DNA from: a virus
Lineage: Duplodnaviria; Caudoviricetes
DNA length: 62,224 bases
IMG/VR virus record: IMGVR_UViG_3300030331_005246
Location: 1 to 62,224 of that record
Direction: 5' to 3' (one strand)
Each line of letters opens with the position of its first letter. Within the stretch, counting starts at the first letter, position 1. A program made the translations under genes and the position numbers. Below the pieces are notes generated by a model. The model saw only the letters and a program-made list of their open reading frames with translations, had not been told where the DNA came from and searched no databases. Below are positions 1-9,839 of the stretch, one piece after another.

Positions 1-510
1 GTCAGCCAACGGATTAAAGTTGGCACTTGGTGCATAGCTATCTGGAGTGTATGTAAAGCTACCAGCAGGATCTGCAGGAGCGACCTGAGAATTATTAGTA
101 TTGTTTTTGCTAGCTAAAGCACTAACCATATTGTCATAATAAATATCCTCATTCGGTGTACCGCCATTCAAAATATTTGAAAATTCAGCTTTGGCGTTCG
201 CATCCTTTAAATTCTGGTTGTCTTTCCTGATCAATAACGATTGAGTGTTAGTCGTTGCTGCACCACCCTCATCTGCTCCAGCTGCCATCCCTAAAGCAGC
301 TGCATAACCTGCTTCCCTATTGTCTCTGGCAAGAGTGGAACCAGTCATAATATCGTTCCCACGGTTATATTTAATGCTTTCAATCTCTGCATCAGCTGGG
401 TTCTCCGTATAGACATCGTTTCTAAGATCAAAAGTATTTAACCTGTCTTTGTAATCTGGAATACCCAGCATACGGCGAATGTCTTGTCCTGCATTTTTGC
501 CCGTAGCCAT
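1..510 (-). CDS. hypothetical protein, 3'-truncated by the window edge (MATGKNAGQDIRRMLGIPDYK...)
   Basis: ATG at 510 with an open frame running off the left edge; TAGAAT box at 534-539; not in the supplied ORF track. Confidence 0.7.
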   Translation of the reverse strand, partial: MATGKNAGQDIRRMLGIPDYKDRLNTFDLRNDVYTENPADAEIESIKYNRGNDIMTGSTLARDNREAGYAAALGMAAGADEGGAATTNTQSLLIRKDNQNLKDANAKAEFSNILNGGTPNEDIYYDNMVSALASKNNTNNSQVAPADPAGSFTYTPDSYAPSANFNPLAD

Positions 511-611
511 TAGTTTTTAGCCTATTATCTATCATTCTAAGAGTAGAAATACTAAAACTTTTTTGGGATATAGCACCTCTAAGATAAAGAAATCAAAAAA
601 CGAGAAGCCCC

Positions 612-785
612 ATGGAGATCAGGATCCCAACGGGGCATTGGATCGCCGCGCTTTGTCAGACAATTGTGTCTGCACAGGATGGCGATACCTTTGTTCTGCC
701 TTCAATTGCTCACGTTCATGCGTTTGAAATAGCACAGAAAGACACAGAAACCTGGAAACACTTTAAAGTGAGGGTTCAACCGTGA
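612..785 (+). CDS. small hypothetical protein (57 aa, MEIRIPTGHWIAALCQ...)
   Basis: Read manually; its TGA overlaps the GTG start of the primase (GTGA coupling). Confidence 0.6.
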   Translation: MEIRIPTGHWIAALCQTIVSAQDGDTFVLPSIAHVHAFEIAQKDTETWKHFKVRVQP

Positions 786-3409
786 ATCAAATGACAAAAA
801 GGATTAAACCGGGAGAAGTTAATTTAGATCTCATCCCTTTCGATTGGCCCTTGACACCAGTTGGGATGAATAAAAACCCTTACATTGGTGGATGGCAAGC
901 CAAACCTTTCACTATTGACCAGGTAAAAAAAGAACTCGATTCAGGTAAAGCTGGTGGTGTAGGTTTAATCTCTGGTCCTGTCTATAACAAGCCTTACGGT
1001 TTAGTTTGGGTCGATATTGATGGCCCTACCGTCTATGAAGTCATTCGTCAAGAATCGGGACTGACGGTTGATCAAGCTCTCCCCAGGACCTTGACGATCT
1101 GCAGCGGACGTGAAGGTCGTGAACGCAAACTTTATCTGGTCCCTCAAAAATCCTGGCCCCAGTTCGCCCGTAATAAATACAATTGGCACGGCGAAGGCGA
1201 TGGCGAAAAACTTGAAGTACTTTGGAAGCGGCACCAAGGTGTCCTCATGGGGTTCCATCCAGATACGGATGGTTACTACACTAAGGATGGTGAGGACTAT
1301 TCATTTGTCCACAACTTACCGGTTATTCCTGACTGGATATTAAATGCCATCGCAAAGAAAAATAAAGCACAAGGCAAGATAGCTTTAAGTAACTCACGTA
1401 TCTTTGGTGAGACCTTTGCGATCAATACGCAAATTGGTCACGACAGACAAATCAAAGAAGCAATCAGAGCACTCTGGACTTTAAAACCAGAAGACGCAGA
1501 AGACTACGAAAAATGGTTAACGGCTGGCCAAGCACTGCACTCGATCGACGATTCGCTCCTCGAAGAATGGGATAAGTGGTCACAAATAGGCAGTAATTAC
1601 AGGCCTGGTGAATGCCAACGCAAATGGAGATCGTTCACCAAAGGGGCAGGAATTACTGCTGGCACTCTCTTTGCCAGAGCACAAGAAAATGGTTTTAAGT
1701 TCTCTCAAGAACACACAACCATGGCTGCACCCCATGATGTAATCGACAATGTTCAACGTTTAATTGACGAACTTTATCAAGCTAACGAAATGGAATCAGA
1801 ATCAGAAGAACTAAAGACATTGCCAGATGCAGTCAAAACAGAATTCAAAAGGCCATCCGATAAAAGATCAGGAAAGAAACTCAAGACTGTTAATAAAAAC
1901 GCGCCGCAAAATGAAATAAGAGACAGACTCATTGTCCTCTTTCATAAAGACTTTGTCTTTGATGAAAGCGACAATAAGTTCTACAAGTACGAACACAACC
2001 AACCAGGTATGTGGGCTCCGTTGCGTGAAAACGAAATGAAGCATTACATCTCAGCTGAGCTGGATCAGATGACGAATGAATCATTGCTGCCTCAAGGTTA
2101 TGCATTGGATCTGATCGATACGATGTATAAGACTCTGAAATCCAAACTCGTTTTTACAGAAGAGTGGAACCAAGATAAAAACCTATTGCTGTTTGAAAAT
2201 GGTGTCTACGATCTCGACACCACTGAACTCGGTGGCTTTAAACGCGGCTATTACATCAACCGCACACTGCCTTATTCCTTTGATCCATCAGCTGATGGTA
2301 CGCCCATCATCGAGTGGTTACACTACATCCAAAGTAATGACCACCACAGGGTTCAACTGCTTAGAGCCTGGATGCGAGCTGTCCTGGTTGGTAACACCGG
2401 CATCCAAAAATTCCTAGAGATCATTGGCCCTGGTGGTTCAGGTAAAACATCATTCACCTCTCTCTGTCATGCACTGGTTGGCTGGGATGGTGCTGCTGTC
2501 TCAAGCCTTGAACGCATCGAAAAGAATCGCTTTGAGATGGCCAAGTTGTTCAACAAACGGCTCTGTCTCTTCAATGATGTCAGTCGCTACGGCAGCACTG
2601 TTGATTCGCTCAAGCAACTGACTGGTGCAGACATCGTCAACAACGAGCACAAGTACAAGCAAGAAGAAACCAACTTCCGTTTCACTGGCCTGGTCATGGT
2701 CACCGCCAATGAACAGGTGCAGATGCAGGATCCCACCTCTGGTCTGGCCAGGCGCAGAATCACAATCCCATTCGATGTCGTCTTCAATGGACCTGTCGAT
2801 CAGATGTGCACACTCATTCAGTGTTCACCAGGGCGCATCGAGGGTAAGTTCGCTCCTGACTTGCCGGGTCTGGTCAACTGGTTACTCAAGATGCCAGAGC
2901 AGGAAATGCGTGAGTACCTGCTGGCAACCAATAAGAAGGTTGAGTACATGCGGACGTTCAACATCAAGCAGATGAAGTGCGCCAATCCAATCGCTGCCTG
3001 GATGGATGATTGCGTCATCTTTGATCCTGGCGTCAAAACCTACGTCGGTTCAGGTAAACCAGCACCTAAAGATGCTGATCGTAAATATGCCTCAGCACAC
3101 CACAGGCTCTATGCCAGCTACCTGGAATTCTGTAATGACAACAACTACGGTCAATTCAGACGTGACCGCTTTGTTGATGCTGTCAATGACATCTTCAAGA
3201 ACCAGCTCAAGCTTAATGTCACCATGTCACCAACACGCATTACTTATTTCAATAACATCACCTTGAGAGACAGGCCGGATAGCAATGGCATCGTCGATGA
3301 ATCCAAGCAACATCACTATCCTTCTGTCCTAGAACTCGCTGCTGATCCTGATAAATACCGTGAGTTTTATTCCTCGTTTCCTATAACTAGACAACAAGAT
3401 TACTCTTAA
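782..3409 (+). CDS. bifunctional primase-polymerase / PriCT-2 / D5-like SF3 helicase (P4/D5-type primase-helicase)
   Basis: N-terminal Prim-Pol motifs (WPLTPV..KNPY, VWVDIDG); PriCT-2-like DYEKWLTAGQALH...WDKWS; D5_N-like LLLFENGVYDL; Walker A GPGGSGKT; SF3 motifs LFNDV, MVTANE and RRRITIPF. Confidence 0.9.
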   Translation: MNQMTKRIKPGEVNLDLIPFDWPLTPVGMNKNPYIGGWQAKPFTIDQVKKELDSGKAGGVGLISGPVYNKPYGLVWVDIDGPTVYEVIRQESGLTVDQALPRTLTICSGREGRERKLYLVPQKSWPQFARNKYNWHGEGDGEKLEVLWKRHQGVLMGFHPDTDGYYTKDGEDYSFVHNLPVIPDWILNAIAKKNKAQGKIALSNSRIFGETFAINTQIGHDRQIKEAIRALWTLKPEDAEDYEKWLTAGQALHSIDDSLLEEWDKWSQIGSNYRPGECQRKWRSFTKGAGITAGTLFARAQENGFKFSQEHTTMAAPHDVIDNVQRLIDELYQANEMESESEELKTLPDAVKTEFKRPSDKRSGKKLKTVNKNAPQNEIRDRLIVLFHKDFVFDESDNKFYKYEHNQPGMWAPLRENEMKHYISAELDQMTNESLLPQGYALDLIDTMYKTLKSKLVFTEEWNQDKNLLLFENGVYDLDTTELGGFKRGYYINRTLPYSFDPSADGTPIIEWLHYIQSNDHHRVQLLRAWMRAVLVGNTGIQKFLEIIGPGGSGKTSFTSLCHALVGWDGAAVSSLERIEKNRFEMAKLFNKRLCLFNDVSRYGSTVDSLKQLTGADIVNNEHKYKQEETNFRFTGLVMVTANEQVQMQDPTSGLARRRITIPFDVVFNGPVDQMCTLIQCSPGRIEGKFAPDLPGLVNWLLKMPEQEMREYLLATNKKVEYMRTFNIKQMKCANPIAAWMDDCVIFDPGVKTYVGSGKPAPKDADRKYASAHHRLYASYLEFCNDNNYGQFRRDRFVDAVNDIFKNQLKLNVTMSPTRITYFNNITLRDRPDSNGIVDESKQHHYPSVLELAADPDKYREFYSSFPITRQQDYS

Positions 3410-3444
3410 TTGTTGTAGCATTGCGTCAATAATATATTGGCGTA

Positions 3445-4686
3445 ATGTCTAAGCCTAAAATCTTATGGAGTGGTGATGCTGTAGCAACCACTGGATTTGC
3501 TAGGGTTACTGAAAATCTAATTACTAGACTAAAAGATAAGTTTGAAATCGTTGTCCTAGCTAATAACCATTGGGGTGATCCTTGTTGGCTCGATAAAGAT
3601 TTCAAGATCTATCCTTCTTCCAACCGCTTTGCCCAAGAACCTTTTGGTGTCCAACGCATTCGAGAAGTAACAGAAAAAGAGAAGCCTGACATTGTCTTTG
3701 CCGTCAATGACATGTGGATCCTCAACAATCTCTATGCACAGATCAAAGAGCACCATGAACGTGGTGACTTCAAGTTCGTTGCCTACACACCCATGGACAG
3801 CTACGGCTGGACTGGTGCACTTAAAGACTTCTCTGAAAAGTGGGACAACCTGGTCGTATACACGGAGTTTGGGGCTAAAGAATTTTTTTACGCTGGTGTC
3901 AAACGACCTGTCACCGTGATTCCTCACGGCATCACACGGGATCAGTTCTATCCACTCGATAAACAAGAATGCCGCAAAAAACTCGGTATCCCAGAAGATT
4001 CATTCATCATCTTCAATGGCAACCGCAACCAGGCCCGCAAGCGGATTGACATCACCATCGATGCCTTTGCTCAGTTCGCTGTCGATAAGCCGGATGCCAA
4101 GCTCTACCTGCACATGGGCATGAAAGATCAGGGCTGGGATGTCATGTCTTTGTTCGGTCGCGAGATGACCAAGCGGGGCATCGATCCTAACGGACGCATC
4201 ATCATGACAACCAAGAATGCTCAGCCTCCTGCAGTGCCAGTGGAGATGCTCAACACCATCTACAACTGCGCTGACATCTCAGTCAACACCACCAAAGGTG
4301 AGGGCCATGGACTGGTCAACCACGAAAGCGCCGCCTGCCGTGTGGCCCAGGTCGTCCCCAGCCACACTTCCTGTAAAGAAATTTTTGAAGGGGCCGCACC
4401 ACTGATTGACAACTGCTTCTTGGATGTTGATGTCAACTTCAACCGGGACATGCCAGTGCCATCAGCAGAACACCTCGCTGAGATCATGACCGATCTCTAC
4501 AACGACAGAGAGCTGCTCGATCGAGTCGCTGACGATTGCTACAAGCGAGCGATCGATGAGAAGTATCAGTGGGACAACATCGCTGAACAGTTCGCTGGCG
4601 TCTTTGAAGACGTGCTCAAGCCGGTTGAAAAGCCAGTCATCAAACGGTCTAAGCGCCGCAAGAAACAGCCCATTGGTATGAAATAA
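3445..4686 (+). CDS. GT-B fold glycosyltransferase (GT4-like)
   Basis: TGFARV, VIPHGI, NRNQARKRID, and EGHGLVNHESAAC matching the GT4 E-x7-E signature. Confidence 0.88.
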   Translation: MSKPKILWSGDAVATTGFARVTENLITRLKDKFEIVVLANNHWGDPCWLDKDFKIYPSSNRFAQEPFGVQRIREVTEKEKPDIVFAVNDMWILNNLYAQIKEHHERGDFKFVAYTPMDSYGWTGALKDFSEKWDNLVVYTEFGAKEFFYAGVKRPVTVIPHGITRDQFYPLDKQECRKKLGIPEDSFIIFNGNRNQARKRIDITIDAFAQFAVDKPDAKLYLHMGMKDQGWDVMSLFGREMTKRGIDPNGRIIMTTKNAQPPAVPVEMLNTIYNCADISVNTTKGEGHGLVNHESAACRVAQVVPSHTSCKEIFEGAAPLIDNCFLDVDVNFNRDMPVPSAEHLAEIMTDLYNDRELLDRVADDCYKRAIDEKYQWDNIAEQFAGVFEDVLKPVEKPVIKRSKRRKKQPIGMK

Positions 4687-4707
4687 TAGAGAGGACACGG
4701 TTGAGTA

Positions 4708-4742
4708 CGGCCTGGGGTTCACGCCTCAGGTCGTTTTTTTTG
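4708..4742 (+). terminator. rho-independent terminator
   Basis: CGGCCTGGGG-TTCACG-CCTCAGGTCG hairpin followed by a T run, just after the glycosyltransferase stop. Confidence 0.8.
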
Positions 4743-5035
4743 TGCCTCAATTTTCATTACTTAAAAAAAATTAAGTAATGGCGCAAGTAGAAAGTGAGCA
4801 CCAAAGTGAGCGGCCCAAACCCCTTGCAATGACTGGGGTGTTGGAAAGTGGCGCGTTTGAAGTGGCCAAAATTCTTTTTTCCTAGGTGTTTGCGACAGAT
4901 CGTGTAACGACAAAACGTGGAGACGCTTGCGACACACGATTAAGTGAGTGACACTGTGGGATACGGAGGGGGTGCGGGGGAGGGTGAGACGGGTGAGACA
5001 GCACAAGACTGCACGAAATGTCGTAACTGCACAAA

Positions 5036-5857
5036 ATGTCGTTGCATTTTTTGTATCATTCGCATAGAGAAAAGAAAATCTGGCTCAAAATCAGGCCCAC
5101 TTTCACTCCACCCCGCCAAACCCCTTGCTACCACTGGGTTCTCACTTTCAAAAGTAAACGCTTTACTTTCATGTCCACCCACCTCCCAGGCAGACCTGCG
5201 CGTTCAGTGGCTGCCATCGCTGACCTCAACTTCAGACTGTTCAACCCAGAGCAGGGCACAGCAGAAGAGCAGGGTTTCTATCACGGCTTCCCCTGTCATC
5301 TCGGTCACACACTGCGTGATCAGAAGAACCACTGGTGCCATGACTGTGCCAAGCGAATCAAATCCAATGTCAGTGGCCTGGATATCTCATTCATCCACTC
5401 GGACTACCGGAGGCGTCTGGTCTCCATCCTCGATATGGTGCGTCAAACCATTGATGATGACCTCGATCCCACTGCCTGCTGGGATGTCGGTAAGAGTGCG
5501 TCCGCTCGTTACAACTATCCTTCTTACAGATCACAGACAAGTAAACGCAAGAATGATCTGATCATGCTGAAGAAGATTATGTATCAATCATTCTGGGGTG
5601 ATGTAGGCAAGCTGTATGTCACCAGGGATCAGAATGTTTGCCAGAATCCTGGTTGTGTTAATCCATTACATCTATCTTCTACGTTGCACATGACAACGTA
5701 CAGACATAATCATTCTTTCCATTACTTTGATTTGGATTACAACCCACAGAAATTAATGTTGATGGATAAAAGCATGCTCTATGGTTTATCGATTGATGAG
5801 ATTTTAAGTAAAGTTTATAGGTCGACAATTAGAGATCCTAGAATGTTAGAAGAATAG
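5036..5857 (+). CDS. His-Me finger / homing-endonuclease Zn-loop-like protein (true start possibly ATG 5171)
   Basis: CQNPGCVNPLHL motif typical of His-Cys-box/HNH-type Zn-binding loops; additional C-x3-H...C-x2-C cluster. Confidence 0.55.
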   Translation: MSLHFLYHSHREKKIWLKIRPTFTPPRQTPCYHWVLTFKSKRFTFMSTHLPGRPARSVAAIADLNFRLFNPEQGTAEEQGFYHGFPCHLGHTLRDQKNHWCHDCAKRIKSNVSGLDISFIHSDYRRRLVSILDMVRQTIDDDLDPTACWDVGKSASARYNYPSYRSQTSKRKNDLIMLKKIMYQSFWGDVGKLYVTRDQNVCQNPGCVNPLHLSSTLHMTTYRHNHSFHYFDLDYNPQKLMLMDKSMLYGLSIDEILSKVYRSTIRDPRMLEE

Positions 5858-5867
5858 CGCGGGTTGG

Positions 5868-6839
5868 GTGATGCCTCGGGGTCCATTTATCGGCGGTAAT
5901 AATAGTACGTCTCAGCGACAACGCAATCAATTTAATCCTCTCAACTTAGGCACCTTTGATCAGACAAGTCTACGTGTGCTTCAAGGTACGCTTGGCATGC
6001 GTAGTGAAATTATTCAGGGAGGCTATGGACGTGATACCTATAACCACTGGTATTCAATCAAGTTAGCTAAGAAAGGCTATCTTTTATTGTTCAAGGCTGG
6101 AACAAAGTTAGCAACATCAAATTTAGTTGCTGCTGATGTTGGTAATCAGTACGTCAATGATCGTTTCATGGTTGCAGCGTATGACCAGAATAGGAATCCA
6201 TTGTTCCCATTACCTGTTCTGCAGCAGCCAGAGATTTATTTCGGTCAAGTTGCGCCTGTCCAGGGACCAACAATGAATACTGTTGTTCCTTATCGTTTTG
6301 AAGAAGGTAATGAACTTTATTATGAATTGCAGCCAGGGCGTTATTTAATTTGTGTTTCGGCTACGTGTAATGAGTTATCTGACTTTGGTGTTGGCTTAGC
6401 GATTGAATTCCCCACGCCATCAGAGCAATTCATTCTGTTGGAAGATACAGAAATTGCTTATCTCCTGCAGGAGAGTCTTCTCAATACACCCGGTGGTGAA
6501 ACGTTTACTGAAATTCTTTCGCCCCTTCAAGCTAACGTAACGATTGATACGATCAGTGCTCTTACACGTCCGCCAGCAATTATTAACCCAGGGATTTTTT
6601 GTCAGGTAAATAACACAAATTCTAATGGTGTTCCTTTGGCTTGGGTGATTAAAGATTTTGCTGCTGACCCTGATGATGAGGCCAATGACCGTGTGCTTTT
6701 AGATGCTACAGAGAACTGGTATTTGTCTGTTCCACGTACACATTCAAGAACTGAATGGAGAGAAGCATGGAGACGAGATCATAGTCAGGATAATAGATAC
6801 CCTGCGATAGTATTTGATAAATATACCAACACTGAGTGA
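5868..6839 (+). CDS. hypothetical protein, possibly virion-associated
   Basis: 323 aa ORF with TAGAAT at 5839-5844. Confidence 0.65.
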   Translation: MMPRGPFIGGNNSTSQRQRNQFNPLNLGTFDQTSLRVLQGTLGMRSEIIQGGYGRDTYNHWYSIKLAKKGYLLLFKAGTKLATSNLVAADVGNQYVNDRFMVAAYDQNRNPLFPLPVLQQPEIYFGQVAPVQGPTMNTVVPYRFEEGNELYYELQPGRYLICVSATCNELSDFGVGLAIEFPTPSEQFILLEDTEIAYLLQESLLNTPGGETFTEILSPLQANVTIDTISALTRPPAIINPGIFCQVNNTNSNGVPLAWVIKDFAADPDDEANDRVLLDATENWYLSVPRTHSRTEWREAWRRDHSQDNRYPAIVFDKYTNTE

Positions 6840-6952
6840 TGGCTACTAAGGAAAATAAGAAGTCAAAGGTTCAAGAAAAACCTGAGAAAGTTTTCAAAGA
6901 GTACTGCAAATTATATCCTTGGGCTGTAGAGTGTAAGCAATATGAAGTGTAA
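6839..6952 (+). CDS. cp12: CP12-like mini-protein (C-terminal Cys pair only, 37 aa)
   Basis: MATKENKKSKVQEKPEKVFKEYCKLYPWAVECKQYEV matches the CP12 C-terminal pattern YCxxxPxxxECxxY[DE]; coupled to the upstream gene by TGATG. Confidence 0.6.
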   Translation: MATKENKKSKVQEKPEKVFKEYCKLYPWAVECKQYEV

Positions 6953-6955
6953 TGA

Positions 6956-7690
6956 GTGGCTACGTTAATTACTAATGCCCCGCCGCAGAAAGTTTGGATT
7001 AGAAAAGAATATCTCCGTGACCTGCGCGATGGTCATGGTGAATTTGTACTTGGTTATTGGGTCTCTATTAAGTCCTTACCAGGGCGGTGTTTCTATTTCG
7101 AGACGTTCATTCCAGAGTATGGTGCGCTGTTTGACAAGCTCCCCATCTCTGCTTTTGTAGCATGGGATTCGGATAATCCACACAATCCCAAAACACCTGA
7201 CCCTGATCTTCCCTTAGAAGAACTGCAATTCTGGAACTGTTTTAACTATGACATTACCACGTTGGAAAAGAATCTTTTATACACAGCACGATGGGAGGTG
7301 CGTACTAAGACCCATGGCTCTTTACATGGCGACTACTTGTTCACTATTGATAGCTACAACGGCGATAAGAGTGGGACAGACATCAGCTTTGCCGAAGTCC
7401 CCGACGAACACAAATCGTTCAACATCATACAACTGTCAACAGCTCAGTTTGCAGCCTATCCCAACAATCGATGCCGAATTATTGATCCTTCTCTGTCGCC
7501 CGAAACCCTCAAGCAACCCGACTTTCTCGTATCCACAAGGGATTTCAATGTAGAGTATCCCAACGCTAAGTGGGGCAGGCTTGGTGAATCAGAAGAGTAT
7601 TTCTGGGAGACCAAGACAGAGTCAAATTACAGGAAGATAGAACCAACTCCACAAGCTAAGTTTGCTTTGCAAGCAGATTTTGACCGGTAG
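6956..7690 (+). CDS. conserved marine/cyanophage hypothetical protein
   Basis: PPQKVWIRKEYL..., YGALFDKLPISAF, EHKSFN..., FAAYPNNRC recalled as a recurrent marine phage family. Confidence 0.75.
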   Translation: MATLITNAPPQKVWIRKEYLRDLRDGHGEFVLGYWVSIKSLPGRCFYFETFIPEYGALFDKLPISAFVAWDSDNPHNPKTPDPDLPLEELQFWNCFNYDITTLEKNLLYTARWEVRTKTHGSLHGDYLFTIDSYNGDKSGTDISFAEVPDEHKSFNIIQLSTAQFAAYPNNRCRIIDPSLSPETLKQPDFLVSTRDFNVEYPNAKWGRLGESEEYFWETKTESNYRKIEPTPQAKFALQADFDR

Positions 7691-7715
7691 AATAGTTCTA
7701 TCAGTACCGATCGTT

Positions 7716-7856
7716 ATGGAACACAATTTTTTTAGTGACCCTTTTTTTTGGTTGACGTTAGCGTCAGAAATTATTGCTTTGACTCCACTGAAGTCCAATA
7801 GTGTGGTGCAGCTTTTGCTATCTGCAATTAAAAGCATTAAGCCAGCAAAAAAGTAA
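7716..7856 (+). CDS. small membrane protein (holin-like candidate)
   Basis: MEHNFFSDPFFWLTLASEIIALTPLKSNSVVQLLL..., hydrophobic with a basic C-terminus; TAGAAT at 7688-7693. Confidence 0.55.
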   Translation: MEHNFFSDPFFWLTLASEIIALTPLKSNSVVQLLLSAIKSIKPAKK

Positions 7857-7983
7857 AGATTCGGCGGACCATGATGCGTCTCGATCAGGAAATCGAGGCG
7901 TACATGCAAGAGACCGAGCCCCCACCAGACGAGGCGATTACTGAAATCAGTGGCTGGTCAATGCGGAAACGTGCGCCTTGGAC

Positions 7984-8256
7984 TTAATTATCTAGCACTG
8001 TTTTCGTCTGAGTCACAGGAGTCAAAGGTCCATTAGCTTTGTTAGCATTGACCACTTCTTCTTTCCACACCACAGCGGCAATGGCTTGTACTTCCTGTGG
8101 TTCGGCTGATACGTCCGAGCCAGGCATAAAAAGCTGGCGCTCATAGGAACGTGCAATCTCAACATCGTCTTTTAGGACAATGTCGGCTTTGCGGACGCCG
8201 AGAGAATAGTCTTCGTTGACTTCTATTTTGTAGCGAAAAGTTTCAGTTAGAGCCAT
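7984..8256 (-). CDS. tail-fibre-associated small protein (putative assembly chaperone), paralog of 11165..11548
   Basis: Directly downstream of a fibre gene; VRKADIVLKDDVEIARSYER...PGSDVSAEPQEVQAIAAVVW. Confidence 0.7.
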   Translation of the reverse strand: MALTETFRYKIEVNEDYSLGVRKADIVLKDDVEIARSYERQLFMPGSDVSAEPQEVQAIAAVVWKEEVVNANKANGPLTPVTQTKTVLDN

Positions 8257-8327
8257 TTTAGGAACCGCCGACTGACGGGAACAGATTTAATGATTGCCGT
8301 AGTTTATTGACAGTTGCGGTCTAATAT

Positions 8328-9449
8328 TTACGTAAGGGTTTGTATTATAAAATTACCTTTAAATGCTGTGGTAGGACCTGTATTTGGTGTTTTAACATCT
8401 GCCCATGTTATTTTTGCGCCGGTTTCTAGATTAAACAATCTAATCTCACCATCATAGAATACTCCTCGATAACCCGTAGTGTTATCTCCATAAGCACTAA
8501 AATTATTGTTTACATTGTTTCGGTTGTCTACTAAAAAAGGAACCTCTTGGATTGCACCATTAGTATTAAAAGGGAACCCAGTGATTCTTACAAGTTGAGT
8601 ACCATCAGCAATGTTTGAGTTACCTTCGTATCTAACCGTAAAAGCTCCAAATGCTAAATCTCCACACCTAACGTATCGACCAGTAGTAGTTCCGCTAAAA
8701 GTATTTCCGCCTTGTTCTTCAAGTGCAGGCGTCCAAGTCCCTTCTTCATATTCATCAATCGTGTTAGCAGCAGTAGTGCCGCCGATTGATACTGTGCCAG
8801 CAAACACAGCCGATCCAGAAGAATCGATTGACGAAGTAATAGGACTACTACCTGCTGTACGTCCCTGCCAAATTGGCTCGCCACTATTTCTAGCAGCAGC
8901 AATAGTGCCTTGATTCATAAGTTTGACACCTGCTGAAATTCCGCCTGCGGTGGGATCACCTCCAGAAATAATGTTATTAATCGTAGAAATTTTGCCGTTA
9001 CTACCGAGCAGAAGATTGGGCGATCCAGAAGTATTGCCAAGTTTTATATCACCTTTTGAAAAAACAGCACCGCCAGCAAATATATCCATTCTTTTTTGAT
9101 CGCCACGATAAATTTCAATTGGAGGACTGGTTGCACCGCTTGAACGTTGAATTATAATTTTTCCTGCTGGTTTAAAAGTAATGCCGTTTGTATTGGTTAG
9201 ACTAAGGTCTGGGTTTCCAATTGTAATGTCACCATCGACATTCATATTGCCGTCATTTTTTAGTTCAATGTTGGGCGATGTTTCTGTGCCGCCGACTGAT
9301 ACGCTATCGAGCACACCATCAATAATGCCGGACACGATTCCAGAGACTTGTAGAGGTGTGACGCCACCGCCCCCTCCGCCACCTGATGCCATGTTGACGA
9401 CATAAACTGCCTTAACGAGTTCGCCGTTAACGTATCTACCTTGTGACAT
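8328..9449 (-). CDS. tail fibre / receptor-binding protein
   Basis: Gly/Ser/Thr-rich; C-terminal IDEYEEGTWTP...GRYVRCGD domain typical of marine phage fibres. Confidence 0.75.
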   Translation of the reverse strand: MSQGRYVNGELVKAVYVVNMASGGGGGGGVTPLQVSGIVSGIIDGVLDSVSVGGTETSPNIELKNDGNMNVDGDITIGNPDLSLTNTNGITFKPAGKIIIQRSSGATSPPIEIYRGDQKRMDIFAGGAVFSKGDIKLGNTSGSPNLLLGSNGKISTINNIISGGDPTAGGISAGVKLMNQGTIAAARNSGEPIWQGRTAGSSPITSSIDSSGSAVFAGTVSIGGTTAANTIDEYEEGTWTPALEEQGGNTFSGTTTGRYVRCGDLAFGAFTVRYEGNSNIADGTQLVRITGFPFNTNGAIQEVPFLVDNRNNVNNNFSAYGDNTTGYRGVFYDGEIRLFNLETGAKITWADVKTPNTGPTTAFKGNFIIQTLT

Positions 9450-9477
9450 CTTAAATTAAAGTATTTCTATTTATATT

Positions 9478-9627
9478 TTAACCGGAAGCATTCACAATAA
9501 ATACAGTGTCAAATTTGTATCCATCTTGCCAAGGGCTGAGGCTTTCGCCACTGGTGATTGGAATGCCGCTGTTGACAACAACTACAGCTTGGACCAATTC
9601 ACCGTTGTACCAAACTTTCCCGCCCAT
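9478..9627 (-). CDS. small protein (49 aa) sharing the N-terminal motif of the adjacent fibre
   Basis: MGGKVWYNGELVQAVVVVN versus the fibre N-terminus MSQGRYVNGELVKAVYVVN. Confidence 0.6.
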   Translation of the reverse strand: MGGKVWYNGELVQAVVVVNSGIPITSGESLSPWQDGYKFDTVFIVNASG

Positions 9628-9656
9628 GATGTTATTGTTTTTTCCTATTCTATTCC

Positions 9657-9839
9657 TTACTCATCTAGTGCTTGAAACCAGTAGGTGAAGCCATTGTTCT
9701 CATCAAGCCAAGCTTTGAGAGCATAAGCTTCATTTCTGGTCATGGTTTTACATTCTCTATGGTCGCCAATTTCCCAGCAGACGTTGACACGGTGCTCACG
9801 TAATTCTTTTTTATCCATGATATTAAAGGTTGTGAGCAT
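9657..9839 (-). CDS. small hypothetical protein
   Basis: ORF track; co-directional with the cluster. Confidence 0.55.
   Translation of the reverse strand: MLTTFNIMDKKELREHRVNVCWEIGDHRECKTMTRNEAYALKAWLDENNGFTYWFQALDE

Noticed and set aside
4761-5561. Track ORFs 4761..5006, 4940..5182 and 4944..5561
   Set aside because: They overlap the repeat-rich non-coding region or the better-supported 5036..5857 frame, with no recognisable motifs.
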